A stretch of DNA of 32,000 nt from Aquifex aeolicus VF5 (GCF_000008625.1 NC_000918.1:720001-752000); one strand, 5' to 3'. Positions 1 through 10,676 are shown, counted from the stretch's first letter. Made by a program: numbers and translations. The notes: generated from the letters alone by a model not told the origin.

Positions 1-1
1 G

Positions 2-652
2 CTTGAAGATATAACAAAGTTTTCTGGAAAAAACGGGGGTGTAATCAGAATAGGTGCCAGTAGTATTCCAGGAAACTACCTTCTTCCACAATTACTTGGG
101 GAATTTATTGAAAATTTTAAAGGTTATGTAAACGTGGAGCTTAGAGTAAGTGATAGCCAGGATATATATGAAAAAGTAATAAATGGAGACGTAGATTTAG
201 GAATTATAGGTTATCTGCCGAGAACAAATAAAGTGGATGCTATTAAATTTTATACCGATAGAATACTAATTGTAGGCAATCCAGAACTTGAAGATAAGGT
301 ATATACCTTAGAAGAGCTGATAAACTTACCTTTAGTTATAAGAGAAGTTGGTTCAGGAACGAGAAGTATTGTTGAAGACAAATTAAGAGAAAAAGGTTTA
401 TCCTTAAAAGAAATGAATATAGTAGCTGTATGTAACAGTAATGAAGCCGTTAAAAATACGCTTAAATACGTTAAGGGATTTTCCTTCCTTTCTAGCTATG
501 TTGTAAAAGATGATAAGTTTTTGATTAAATTAAAAGTAAAAAATTTTGACGATATAACCAGACAGTTTTACTTAATTCGAGACAAAAAACGTCCCTTACC
601 ATTTCTTACACAGGAGCTTATTAAGTTCTTAATAAAAGACATTTATGTTTAA
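2..652 (+). CDS. LysR-family transcriptional regulator, C-terminal substrate-binding domain (5' truncated by window edge)
   Basis: Frame 2 is open from base 2, giving LEDITKFSGKNGGVIRIGASSIPGNYLLPQLLGEF... and then MELRVSDSQDIYEKVINGDVDLGIIG, a typical LysR effector domain. The listed ORF start at 134 is internal. Confidence 0.85.
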   Translation, partial: LEDITKFSGKNGGVIRIGASSIPGNYLLPQLLGEFIENFKGYVNVELRVSDSQDIYEKVINGDVDLGIIGYLPRTNKVDAIKFYTDRILIVGNPELEDKVYTLEELINLPLVIREVGSGTRSIVEDKLREKGLSLKEMNIVAVCNSNEAVKNTLKYVKGFSFLSSYVVKDDKFLIKLKVKNFDDITRQFYLIRDKKRPLPFLTQELIKFLIKDIYV

Positions 653-873
653 TTTTTCGAACATTTTCATTGAATAATTAAATAAATAAGTTATGTGATA
701 TTTGAATATAAGGAATTTATTAACATGCAATATGCATTGATACACAATAAAAAAATGTTCATATGCCTATTTTTAAAATATTGTTTTGAAAATTTTGTCT
801 TTTTTTTAAATTTTTTCATGATTTGAAAGGGGAATAAACTAAAAACTAAGAATGCTTAAAGGAGGTGAATTAC

Positions 874-3800
874 ATGGATATTTCAAGGAGGGGTTTTTTA
901 AAACTATCAGTAGGTAGTGTTGGAGCTGGGATATTAGGTGGTCTCGGTTTTGATCTTACACCTGCTTATGCACGTGTAAGAGATTTAAAAATAACAAAGG
1001 CAAAAGTAACAAAAAGTATATGTCCTTACTGCTCCGTATCCTGTGGAATACTAGCCTACTCCCTTTCCGACGGAGCGATGAATGTTAAAGAAAGAATAAT
1101 ACACGTAGAGGGTAACCCGGATGACCCGATAAATAGAGGAACTTTATGTCCTAAAGGGGCAACCTTAAGAGATTTCGTAAACGCTCCTGATAGGCTTACC
1201 AAGCCCTTGTACAGACCTGCAGGATCTACAGAATGGAAAGAAATAAGCTGGGACGAGGCTATAGAGAAGTTCGCAAGATGGGTAAAGGATACGAGGGATA
1301 GGACCTTTATACACAAGGACAAGGCTGGAAGGGTGGTGAACAGATGTGACTCCATAGTTTGGGCTGTGGGCTCACCCCTTGGGAACGAAGAGGGGTGGCT
1401 CATGGTAAAGATCGGTATAGCCTTAGGTCTCTCGGCACGAGAAACGCAGGCGACTATATGACACGCACCTACGGTGGCCAGTTTGGCCCCAACCTTTGGA
1501 AGAGGAGCAATGACTAACAACTGGGTGGACATCTCCAACTCTGACCTCGTATTCGTAATGGGAGGAAACCCGGCGGAGAACCACCCCTGTGGTTTTAAGT
1601 GGGCCATAAAAGCTCGTGAGAAGAGGGGTGCAAAGATAATATGCATAGACCCAAGGTTTAACAGAACCGCCGCTGTGGCAGATATCTTCGTTCAGATAAG
1701 ACCGGGAACAGATATAGCTTTCCTCGGAGGTCTGATTAACTATGTCCTTCAGAACGAGAAGTATCAGAAGGAGTATGTGAGACTGCACACAACAGGACCC
1801 TTCATAGTGAGGGAGGACTTCGGCTTCAAGGACGGACTCTTTACGGGATACGATCCTAAGACGAGGAGCTACGACACGACCACCTGGGACTACGAGTTCG
1901 ATCCTGCTACGGGATATCCCAAGATGGATCCCGAGATGAAGCATCCCAGATGTGTTCTCAACATCCTGAAGGAGCACTACTCGAGGTATACCCCGGAGGT
2001 CGTCTCCCAGATATGTGGATGTTCCAAGGAGGACTTCCTCAGAGTTGCAGAGGAGGTGGCTAAGTGTGGAGCTCCCAATAAGTTCATGACAATCCTCTAT
2101 GCCTTGGGATGGACCCATCACTCCTACGGAACCCAGCTCATAAGAACTGCCTGTATGCTTCAGCTTCTGCTTGGAAACATAGGTTGTCCGGGAGGAGGAA
2201 TAAATGCCCTCAGAGGTCACTCTAACGTTCAGGGTATGACTGATCTCGCCGGGCAGAACAAGAACCTCCCCACCTACATAAAGCCTCCCAAGCCGGAGGA
2301 ACAAACCCTCGCCCAGCACCTTAAGAACAGGACACCGAGAAAGCTCCATCCCACCAGCCTGAACTACTGGGCAAACTATCCTAAGTTCTTTATCAGCTTT
2401 CTCAAGTGTATGTGGGGCGACGCCGCAACGCCTGAAAATGACTTCGCCTACGACTATCTATACAAACCCGAAGGAGGCTACAACTCCTGGGATAAGTTCA
2501 TAGACGACATGTACAAAGGAAAGATAGAGGGAGTGGTAACCGCAGCCCTTAACTTCTTGAATAACACACCTAACGCCAAGAAGACGGTAAGGGCTCTCAA
2601 AAACCTCAAGTGGATGGTTGTAATGGATCCTTTCATGATAGAGACAGCCCAGTTCTGGAAGGCGGAGGGGTTAGACCCGAAAGAAGTCAAGACGGAGATT
2701 CTCGTCCTTCCAACGGCTGTATTTCTCGAGAAGGAAGGTTCCTTCACCAACAGCGCGAGGTGGGTAAAGTGGAAATACAAGGCTACCGATCCCCCAGGAG
2801 ATGCGAAAGACGAATTCTGGATATTTGGAAGATTCTTTATGAAATTGAAAGAATTTTATGAAAAAGAAGGAGGAGCTTTCCCCGAACCGATTCTCAACCT
2901 CGTCTGGCCCTACAAGAATCCATACTATCCGACTGCAGAAGAAATACTTACCGAAATAAACGGATACTACACAAGGGACGTGGACGGTCACAAGAAGGGA
3001 GAGAGGGTAAGACTCTTCACTGATCTGAGAGACGACGGATCAACTGCCTGCGGGGGATGGCTCTACTGTGGCGTATTCCCGCCTGAGGGCAACCTTGCAA
3101 AGAGAACTGACCTCAGCGATCCCCTCGGTCTGGGAACCTATCCGAACTACGCCTGGAACTGGCCCGCCAACAGGAGGGTCCTCTACAACAGAGCCTCCTG
3201 CGATGAAAAGGGAAGACCGTGGGACCCAGAAAGACCCCTCCTGAGATGGGATCCTGAAAGAGACATGTGGGTAGGTGATATACCTGATTATCCTGCTACC
3301 GCACCTCCCGAAAAGGGTATAGGTGCTTTCATAATGCTCCCAGAAGGAAAAGGAAGATTGTTTGCAGCAAAAAGCTATGTTACATTCAAAGATGGGCCAC
3401 TTCCCGAACACTATGAACCTTATGAATCTCCCGTGACGAATATTCTCCATCCTAATGTTCCTCACAACCCCGTTGCAAAAGTATACAAATCTGATCTGGA
3501 TCTGTTAGGAACTCCCGATAAATTCCCTCATGTTGCTACCACTTATAGGCTAACTGAACATTATCACTTCTGGACAAAGCATCTGTACGGTCCTTCACTG
3601 CTTGCACCAGTAATGTTCATTGAAATACCTGAAGAACTGGCAAAGGAGAAAGGTATCCAAAACGGAGACTTAGTTAGAGTTTCTACTGCAAGAGCATCAA
3701 TAGAAGCTATAGCTTTAGTAACAAAAAGAATAAAACCTCTAAAAGTTGCAGGAAAGACCGTATACACAATAGGTATACCAATACACTGGGGATTTGAAGG

Positions 3801-3912
3801 TCTAGTGAAAGGTGCCATAACAAATTTCATAACGCCCAACGTCTGGGATCCCAACTCTAGAACTCCTGAGTTTAAGGGCTTTCTTGCAAACATTGAAAAG
3901 GTGAAAACTTAA
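874..3912 (+). CDS. fdoG: Formate dehydrogenase (FDH-N/O type) alpha subunit, molybdopterin selenoprotein with Tat signal; Sec at TGA 1459-1461
   Basis: ORFs 865..1461 and 1474..3912 are in the same frame, separated only by TGA 1459-1461. The context TI-(TGA)-HAPTVASLAPTFGRGAMTNNW matches the FdnG/FdoG Sec motif U-H-G-P-T-V-A-S-L-A-P-T-F-G-R-G-A-M-T-N-x-W. AAAGGAGGTGA lies upstream of ATG 874; N-terminus SRRGFLKL; C-x2-C-x3-C [4Fe-4S] motif. Confidence 0.96.
1459..1500 (+). promoter_or_regulatory. Bacterial SECIS-like hairpin downstream of UGA
   Basis: Inverted repeat GGCCA-GTT-TGGCC at 1476-1488 just after the TGA. It sits where the E. coli fdnG apical hairpin (GCA AGT CTT GC, encoding V-A-S-L-A) lies. 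GGT(1473-1475)/ACC(1492-1494) can extend the stem with a bulge. Confidence 0.75.
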
Positions 3913-3926
3913 GGGAGGTGTAAAAA

Positions 3927-4838
3927 ATGAGCACATTAACTACTGGTGGAACTGTAGGGCTTGGGATTAAGAGACTTTCCGCTTCTAAAGAACCAGACAC
4001 TTCCGTAAAAACTTATCCCGAACTTGCGATTCTCGTAGATGTCTCTTCTTGTATAGGTTGTAAAGCCTGTGAAGCGGCATGTCAGCAATGGCACGATACA
4101 ACTCCTCCCATACTTTCTCCAGAAGAAGTAATAAAGAGGAAAATAGCTGGTTACCAAACTCATCCCGATCTGCTGCCGGAAACATTTATGCTAATGAAGT
4201 TTAAGGAAGGAGAAACAAGCCGTGGATTTACTTGGTTTATAACCAAATACCAATGTATGCACTGCAGGGAACCGGGATGTCTGATCGCCTGCCCCTCCCC
4301 CGGGGCGGTAATCCAGTACCAGAACGGCGTGGTGGACTTCGACCACTCCAAGTGCATAGGTTGTAAAATGTGCTTGGTGGGCTGTCCCTTTGATATTCCG
4401 AGGTACGATAAGAATAACAAACCTTGGAAATGCAACTTCTGTATCGACAGGGTAAGTGCAGGTTTAGAACCAGCCTGCGTGAAGACCTGCCCAACCAACT
4501 GCCTCTCCTTCGGCTTTAAGGAGGATATGATAGAGAGGGGTAAGAAGATAGTGGAGAGATTAAAGGAGAGGGGGTACCCGAACGCAACCCTCTACGATCC
4601 TCCGGGTGTCGGTGGAACGGGATACATTTACGTTCTTCCCCACGGTGATCATGTGAAGGACTATCAGCTTCCCGAAAACCCGAGGGTGGATGCATCGATA
4701 GGTCTGTGGAAGGGTCCTCTGAAGACGATAGGAAGCATAGCCTTTTGGGGCACACTTCTGGGTGTGTTCCTTCAGTTGATACTCTGGGGACCGATAAAGG
4801 TCCTCGGCGGAAAGGAAGAAAAAAGTGAGGAGGGTTAA
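3927..4838 (+). CDS. fdoH: Formate dehydrogenase iron-sulfur (beta) subunit
   Basis: Multiple ferredoxin-type Cys clusters (CIGCKACEAAC, CMHCREPGCLIAC, CIGCKMCLVGC, CKFC-like CNFC...CVKTCPTNC) and a C-terminal TM segment; immediately downstream of fdoG. Confidence 0.93.
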   Translation: MSTLTTGGTVGLGIKRLSASKEPDTSVKTYPELAILVDVSSCIGCKACEAACQQWHDTTPPILSPEEVIKRKIAGYQTHPDLLPETFMLMKFKEGETSRGFTWFITKYQCMHCREPGCLIACPSPGAVIQYQNGVVDFDHSKCIGCKMCLVGCPFDIPRYDKNNKPWKCNFCIDRVSAGLEPACVKTCPTNCLSFGFKEDMIERGKKIVERLKERGYPNATLYDPPGVGGTGYIYVLPHGDHVKDYQLPENPRVDASIGLWKGPLKTIGSIAFWGTLLGVFLQLILWGPIKVLGGKEEKSEEG

Positions 4839-4840
4839 TC

Positions 4841-5476
4841 ATGGCGGTAGAGTACAAAAAGGCTTACGAAGAGCAGATAGAGAGGTTCTCAGCCCTCGAC
4901 AGGATTCTCCACTGGACGACAGCCCTCGCCTTCCTTTACTGTTTCCTGTCGGGGATAGGGATAGCCTACGCCAAGTTCCACTGGCTGCTGACCTTTCTCG
5001 GTGGTGGTGAATTCGCCCGCTGGCTCCATCCGTGGGCCGGCGTCGTCTTTTCAATAGGCGCGGTCCTTATGATCCTCAAATGGGCAAGGGACATGGTGAT
5101 CACTAGAGAGGACATAGTATGGCTGACGAAGATAAAAGCCTACATAAGCGGAAGGCACGAGGAACTTCCCGAGGTCGGAAAATATAATGCAGGGCAGAAG
5201 CTATACGCCTGGGTGGTCTTCCTTAGCGCTATAGTCTTTTTCCTTACGGGTATACTTATGTGGTTTCCGGAAAACTTCAGTATGGGACTAGTGCGCTGGT
5301 CTGTGGTTATACACGAGATAACTTTCATAATAGCCGGAGCCTTCACTATAATACACATCTACATGGCAACCGTCGGAGTTCCGGGCTCCATATGGGGCAT
5401 GATAGGAGGAAAGGTATCAGCCACGTGGGCTAAGTTCCATCACCCCAAGTGGTACAGGGAGGTGGTAAAGAGGTAA
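4841..5476 (+). CDS. fdoI: Formate dehydrogenase cytochrome b556 (gamma) subunit
   Basis: Four hydrophobic segments, RILHWTTALAF and HEITFIIAGAFTIIHIYMATVG haem-ligand contexts, operon position; good SD upstream. Confidence 0.9.
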   Translation: MAVEYKKAYEEQIERFSALDRILHWTTALAFLYCFLSGIGIAYAKFHWLLTFLGGGEFARWLHPWAGVVFSIGAVLMILKWARDMVITREDIVWLTKIKAYISGRHEELPEVGKYNAGQKLYAWVVFLSAIVFFLTGILMWFPENFSMGLVRWSVVIHEITFIIAGAFTIIHIYMATVGVPGSIWGMIGGKVSATWAKFHHPKWYREVVKR

Positions 5477-5495
5477 GTGTCATGAGAAAGCTTAG

Positions 5496-6005
5496 GTGTT
5501 TGAGCAGTGGGATGCGCTCTGCGCCGTCCTTTTTTCTTTCTCAATAGCACAGGAGCTCAAAACACATGCAGACATAGTGAACCAGAAGGGCGAGAAGATA
5601 GGCAAAGCTGAGCTCATACAGACCAACAGTGGAGTTCTCATAAAGCTTGAAGCCTCAAATCTACCACCCAACGCGGAGCTTGCCTTTCACATCCATGAGC
5701 TTGGCAAGTGCGACCCTCCCGACTTTAAGTCCGCAAAGGGACACTTCAACCCCTTTAAGAAAAAGCACGGCCTTTTAAACCCCGAAGGTCCCCACGCTGG
5801 AGACATGCCCAATATTCACACCGATGATAAGGGAAACGTAAGGGTTCAGGTATTAAATCCCTTTGTAACCTTGAAAAAAGGAAAGAAAAATAGCTTATTT
5901 AAAGAAGGCGGAACGGCACTCGTCATTCATGGCGGACCTGACGACTACAAGTCTGATCCCGCGGGAAACGCAGGAAAAAGGATAGCATGTGGGGTGGTGA
6001 AATGA
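5496..6005 (+). CDS. sodC: Cu/Zn superoxide dismutase (SodC-like); 5' end uncertain (see finding)
   Basis: AFHIHELGKCDPPDFKSAKGHFNP...GPHAGDMPNIHTDDKG...GTALVIHGGPDDYKSDPAGNAGKRIACGVV is the Cu/Zn SOD signature set. Confidence 0.9.
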   Translation: MFEQWDALCAVLFSFSIAQELKTHADIVNQKGEKIGKAELIQTNSGVLIKLEASNLPPNAELAFHIHELGKCDPPDFKSAKGHFNPFKKKHGLLNPEGPHAGDMPNIHTDDKGNVRVQVLNPFVTLKKGKKNSLFKEGGTALVIHGGPDDYKSDPAGNAGKRIACGVVK

Positions 6006-6838
6006 ATATATTCAAGCAAAAAGAAAGAGAATTTGCTTTAAATAGGATTCCTGTTTTGAAGGAAAAATTTCCAGAATCTAACCAAATACTGAACTTTTTA
6101 TCTCATATTCTTGAATACCACAATTCTATTATTTCGGAGATTTCAGATTTAAGTATATCTCTTGATAACCAAAATATAGAAAGTAGATTAGGAAAAGGTA
6201 AACCCGCTTTAAAGCTTTCAGAATATGATTTCGAACCTTTCCTCAAGTACTTTTATCCTTTATTGAATATTGTCTATGAACATGGTACCCCACAAATGAA
6301 AGAAAGAGTAGAGCATTTACAAAGTCTTGAAAAAAAAGAAATATTATCTTTAATATCTTCTTTTTTAGAAAATGGAATTTCGGACGATATGCTGAGATTC
6401 TTCCTTATATCTTATCTCCAACCTATACTCTATACATTTGCAGATAAGGTTAAATTCGAACACGAAAGATGGTTTAAAAATTACTGTCCAGTTTGTGGGT
6501 CTAAACCGTCAGTTTCATTCATTATGGATACGGAAGATTGGGAAGGAGCACGTTTTCTGAGATGTAGTGTTTGTCTTACTGACTGGCTCTATGTAAGAAC
6601 AAAATGTGTAAATTGCGGCAATGTAGAAGACGATAGTTTAGATTATTTTATAAGTTCAGAATTAGATTATATAGAAATTCAAACATGTAAAAAGTGTAAT
6701 AGTTATATAAAAATCATAGATCTTAGAAAAGATGGACTTGCAGTGCCTGATTTAGAAGATATAGCTTCTGTTAGTCTTGATTTATGGGCTCAGGAACAAG
6801 GTTTTATAAAAGTTGAAAGGAATTTTATGGGGTACTAG
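6002..6838 (+). CDS. fdhE: Formate dehydrogenase accessory protein FdhE
   Basis: Rubredoxin-like CxxC pairs (CPVCGSKP, RCSVCLTDW, KCVNCGN, QTCKKCNSYIKIIDL), fdh operon context; ATG 6002 overlaps the sodC stop. Confidence 0.9.
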   Translation: MNIFKQKEREFALNRIPVLKEKFPESNQILNFLSHILEYHNSIISEISDLSISLDNQNIESRLGKGKPALKLSEYDFEPFLKYFYPLLNIVYEHGTPQMKERVEHLQSLEKKEILSLISSFLENGISDDMLRFFLISYLQPILYTFADKVKFEHERWFKNYCPVCGSKPSVSFIMDTEDWEGARFLRCSVCLTDWLYVRTKCVNCGNVEDDSLDYFISSELDYIEIQTCKKCNSYIKIIDLRKDGLAVPDLEDIASVSLDLWAQEQGFIKVERNFMGY

Positions 6839-6840
6839 CT

Positions 6841-7368
6841 GTGAAAAGGAGAACGTTTTTAGAATCTCTTCTATTTCTTTTTTTAATAAAAACGGGTTTT
6901 AGTATGGAACGAAAGATAGACGTTTTAGGATGTACCTTGTGGACTGATAGACTTTACAGAGTCGAACCCTATAGAATGTTATTCCAATGGGTAAAGGATG
7001 AAGGAAATGGTATTTATTCTGTAGGAATGGCTTCTATTTTAGCTGCTCTAGCGTATCCACTTTACTCGATAAAAATAAAACCTGTTGGCACTAAGCTGGA
7101 GTACGACGAAGCATTAGCAATAATTGAGGCGGGGAAAAGAGTTGCAACATTCCCGACACCTCTATCTGGCATAGTGGTAGATGTAAATGAAGAAGTGATT
7201 AAAAATCCTGAGCTTATAAATAAAAAACCTTACAGTTCTTGGATTGCTAAGCTAAAAGCTACAAACTTAGAAGAAGTAAAGAACTTACAAAGTGCAAAGG
7301 AGATAGTTAAGACGGTGAAAGATTTTATAATTTTGGAGGATGTAGATTGTTCTATTGTAGAAGAATAG
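6841..7368 (+). CDS. GcvH-like lipoyl-domain protein with hydrophobic N-terminus
   Basis: Alignable to GcvH core: GMASILAALAYPLYSIKIKPVGTKLEYDEALAIIEAGKRVATFPTPLSGIVVDVNEEVIKNPELINKKPYSSWIAKLKATNLEE. Leader-like MKRRTFLESLLFLFLIKTGFS. Confidence 0.75.
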   Translation: MKRRTFLESLLFLFLIKTGFSMERKIDVLGCTLWTDRLYRVEPYRMLFQWVKDEGNGIYSVGMASILAALAYPLYSIKIKPVGTKLEYDEALAIIEAGKRVATFPTPLSGIVVDVNEEVIKNPELINKKPYSSWIAKLKATNLEEVKNLQSAKEIVKTVKDFIILEDVDCSIVEE

Positions 7369-7370
7369 AA

Positions 7371-7469
7371 GGGAGAGGTTGGCCGGCTGGTGCCGCCCCG
7401 GGACTTCAAATCCCGTGGGAGGTCCCGCAAGGGAGCTCCGGAGGGTTCGATTCCCTCCCTCTCCCGCCA
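7371..7469 (+). tRNA. selC: tRNA-Sec (anticodon UCA), CCA encoded
   Basis: 99 nt; 8-bp acceptor GGGAGAGG/CCTCTCCC, anticodon arm CGGGA-CTTCAAA-TCCCG, long variable arm with TCCC-GCAA-GGGA hairpin, T arm GAGGG-TTCGATT-CCCTC, terminal GCCA. Confidence 0.96.
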
Positions 7470-7479
7470 ATAAGTTGTT

Positions 7480-8592
7480 ATGATTTACTTTGATAACGCG
7501 GCAACTACACCTGTACTTCCAGAAGTAAAAAACTTCCTATGTAAAGCACTAGACATTTATGGGAATCCATCAAGTGTACATACACTAGGCAAATTTGCAA
7601 GAAGTGAAATAGAAACGGCAAGAAAAACAATTGCGAATTATTTGAAAGTAAAACCGGAAAATATTATTTTTAACTCTTGTGCAACTGAAGGAAATAATAC
7701 GATAATAAGAACGATATTAAACAATAAAGATAGGGGCAATGTAGTATTATCAGCAATAGAACATAAATCTGTGAAAGAGGCAATAAAATTTTGGGCAAAT
7801 AAAAGTATAGAAATAAGAGAGATTAAAGTAAATAAAAATGGAGTAATTGATTTAGAACACCTTTACCATTTGATTGATAGTAATACAATTTTAGTTTGCG
7901 TTATGTATGTAAGCAACGAATTCGGAACAATTCAGCCTATACAGGAAATAGCTAAAATTTGCTCCGATAAGGGTGTACCATTGCTAACAGATGCAGTGCA
8001 AGCAATAGGAAAAATCCCAATTGAACTAAAAAATATATCCTATGCGACATTTTCTGGACATAAATTTCACGCTATAAAAGGAAGTGGATTTTTATACATT
8101 TCTGACGAAGCTAATTATGAGCCTCTTATAGTTGGTGGAGGACAAGAAAATGGAAAAAGATCAGGTACAGAAAATGTTGTAGGAATACTTTCGTTAGCTA
8201 AAGCACTTGAAATAATTGTTTCTAACTTTTCGCGCTATCAGGAACAGCTTAAAAAATTAAGAGATCTTTTTGAGAATCTATTGCTTGAAGCTTTGCCAGA
8301 TGCTCAAATTGTAGGAAAAGATGCAGAAAGAAGTCCCTCAATATCTTCTGTTATTATGCCTAAATTTTTCGGAGCAGAAATAGTTAATAAATTATCAGAA
8401 AAGGGAATATATTGCTCGACTGGATCAGCCTGTTTATCAGGAGAATATGAGCCGAATAAACATATGTTGAAAATGGGGTTTTCTCAAGAAAAAGCTTTAA
8501 GAATGGTACGCTTTTCATTTGGTCTTTTAAACAAAGAGGAAGAAGTAATAGAATGTATAGAAAGAATAAAAGAAATTTATAGATTAAATTAA
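7480..8592 (+). CDS. Cysteine desulfurase / NifS-like PLP enzyme
   Basis: MIYFDNAATTPVLPEV..., GNPSSVHTLG, SGHKFHAIKGSGFLYI (PLP Lys), GGGQENGKRSGTENV, STGSACLSGE (catalytic Cys). Confidence 0.92.
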   Translation: MIYFDNAATTPVLPEVKNFLCKALDIYGNPSSVHTLGKFARSEIETARKTIANYLKVKPENIIFNSCATEGNNTIIRTILNNKDRGNVVLSAIEHKSVKEAIKFWANKSIEIREIKVNKNGVIDLEHLYHLIDSNTILVCVMYVSNEFGTIQPIQEIAKICSDKGVPLLTDAVQAIGKIPIELKNISYATFSGHKFHAIKGSGFLYISDEANYEPLIVGGGQENGKRSGTENVVGILSLAKALEIIVSNFSRYQEQLKKLRDLFENLLLEALPDAQIVGKDAERSPSISSVIMPKFFGAEIVNKLSEKGIYCSTGSACLSGEYEPNKHMLKMGFSQEKALRMVRFSFGLLNKEEEVIECIERIKEIYRLN

Positions 8593-8619
8593 AACGTCCA
8601 TCAACACAATTCTATAAAG

Positions 8620-8985
8620 GTGTAGAAAAAACAGTTTAGATATTAACTTATCACAGCCTAAAGAAAGGTAAGAAAGGCTGAAGAAGCAGTTAGAAGAACT
8701 ATTTAAAAAGTTAGAGAAACGAATGAGGTAGACTCGTCAATAAAAGCAAAGTCAGTAATACTGTATTTTAACGGAATATCTTTCAGAAAAGCAGTTCAAA
8801 TAATAGAACAGGAAACTGGTCTACGTGGATGAAACGAAGATAAAAGCAAGGGGCAAGCAGTATCGGTGGAAATCTTGCAGGGAGCTAAAATGCGGATGAA
8901 TACATGAAACTTTTGAAGTAGAAATGTGGTAAAGAGGTGGTTCAAGCATATTAAGCAGAGGATAAAGGGCTTTTACAAACTCTTT
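8620..8985 (+). pseudogene. Decayed DDE transposase relic
   Basis: Segments in different frames resemble a transposase: VDSSIKAKSVILYFNGISFRKAVQIIEQETG, then a frame change, then LVYVDETKIKARGKQYRW, then RWFKHIKQRIKGFYK. Stops and frameshifts occur throughout. Confidence 0.6.
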
Positions 8986-8998
8986 CTCCTTTATTACT

Positions 8999-10590
<1,592 letters not shown>

Positions 10591-10600
10591 CTAATTAAGA

Positions 10601-10676
10601 TGGTAGGCGCGGGGGGACTTGAACCCCCGACCTCCGGCGTGTCGGGCCGGCGCTCTCCCTACTGAGCTACGCGCCT
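10601..10676 (-). tRNA. tRNA-Val (anticodon GAC), CCA encoded
   Basis: Minus strand AGGCGCG TA GCTCAGTAGGGAGAGC...CCGGC-CCGACAC-GCCGG...GGGGG-TTCAAGT-CCCCC CGCGCCT A CCA. Acceptor, anticodon and T stems are complete. Confidence 0.95.

Noticed and set aside
1423-2349. 308-aa minus-strand ORF inside fdoG (also 1056..1646, 2478..2780, 2671..2991, 3040..3465, 3564..3893)
   Set aside because: Antisense to a well-supported conserved gene; the translations are low-complexity and unlike known families. They are explained by stop-poor complement of the fdoG codon usage.
3936-5054. Several 60-112 aa antisense ORFs over fdoH/fdoI and the +61 aa ORF at 4825
   Set aside because: Fully overlap strongly supported fdoH/fdoI; no RBS or family signal.
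7230-7470. Minus-strand ORFs 7230..7430 and 7285..7470
   Set aside because: They read through the complement of tRNA-Sec (MAGEGGNRTLRSS... is a typical artefactual tRNA translation).
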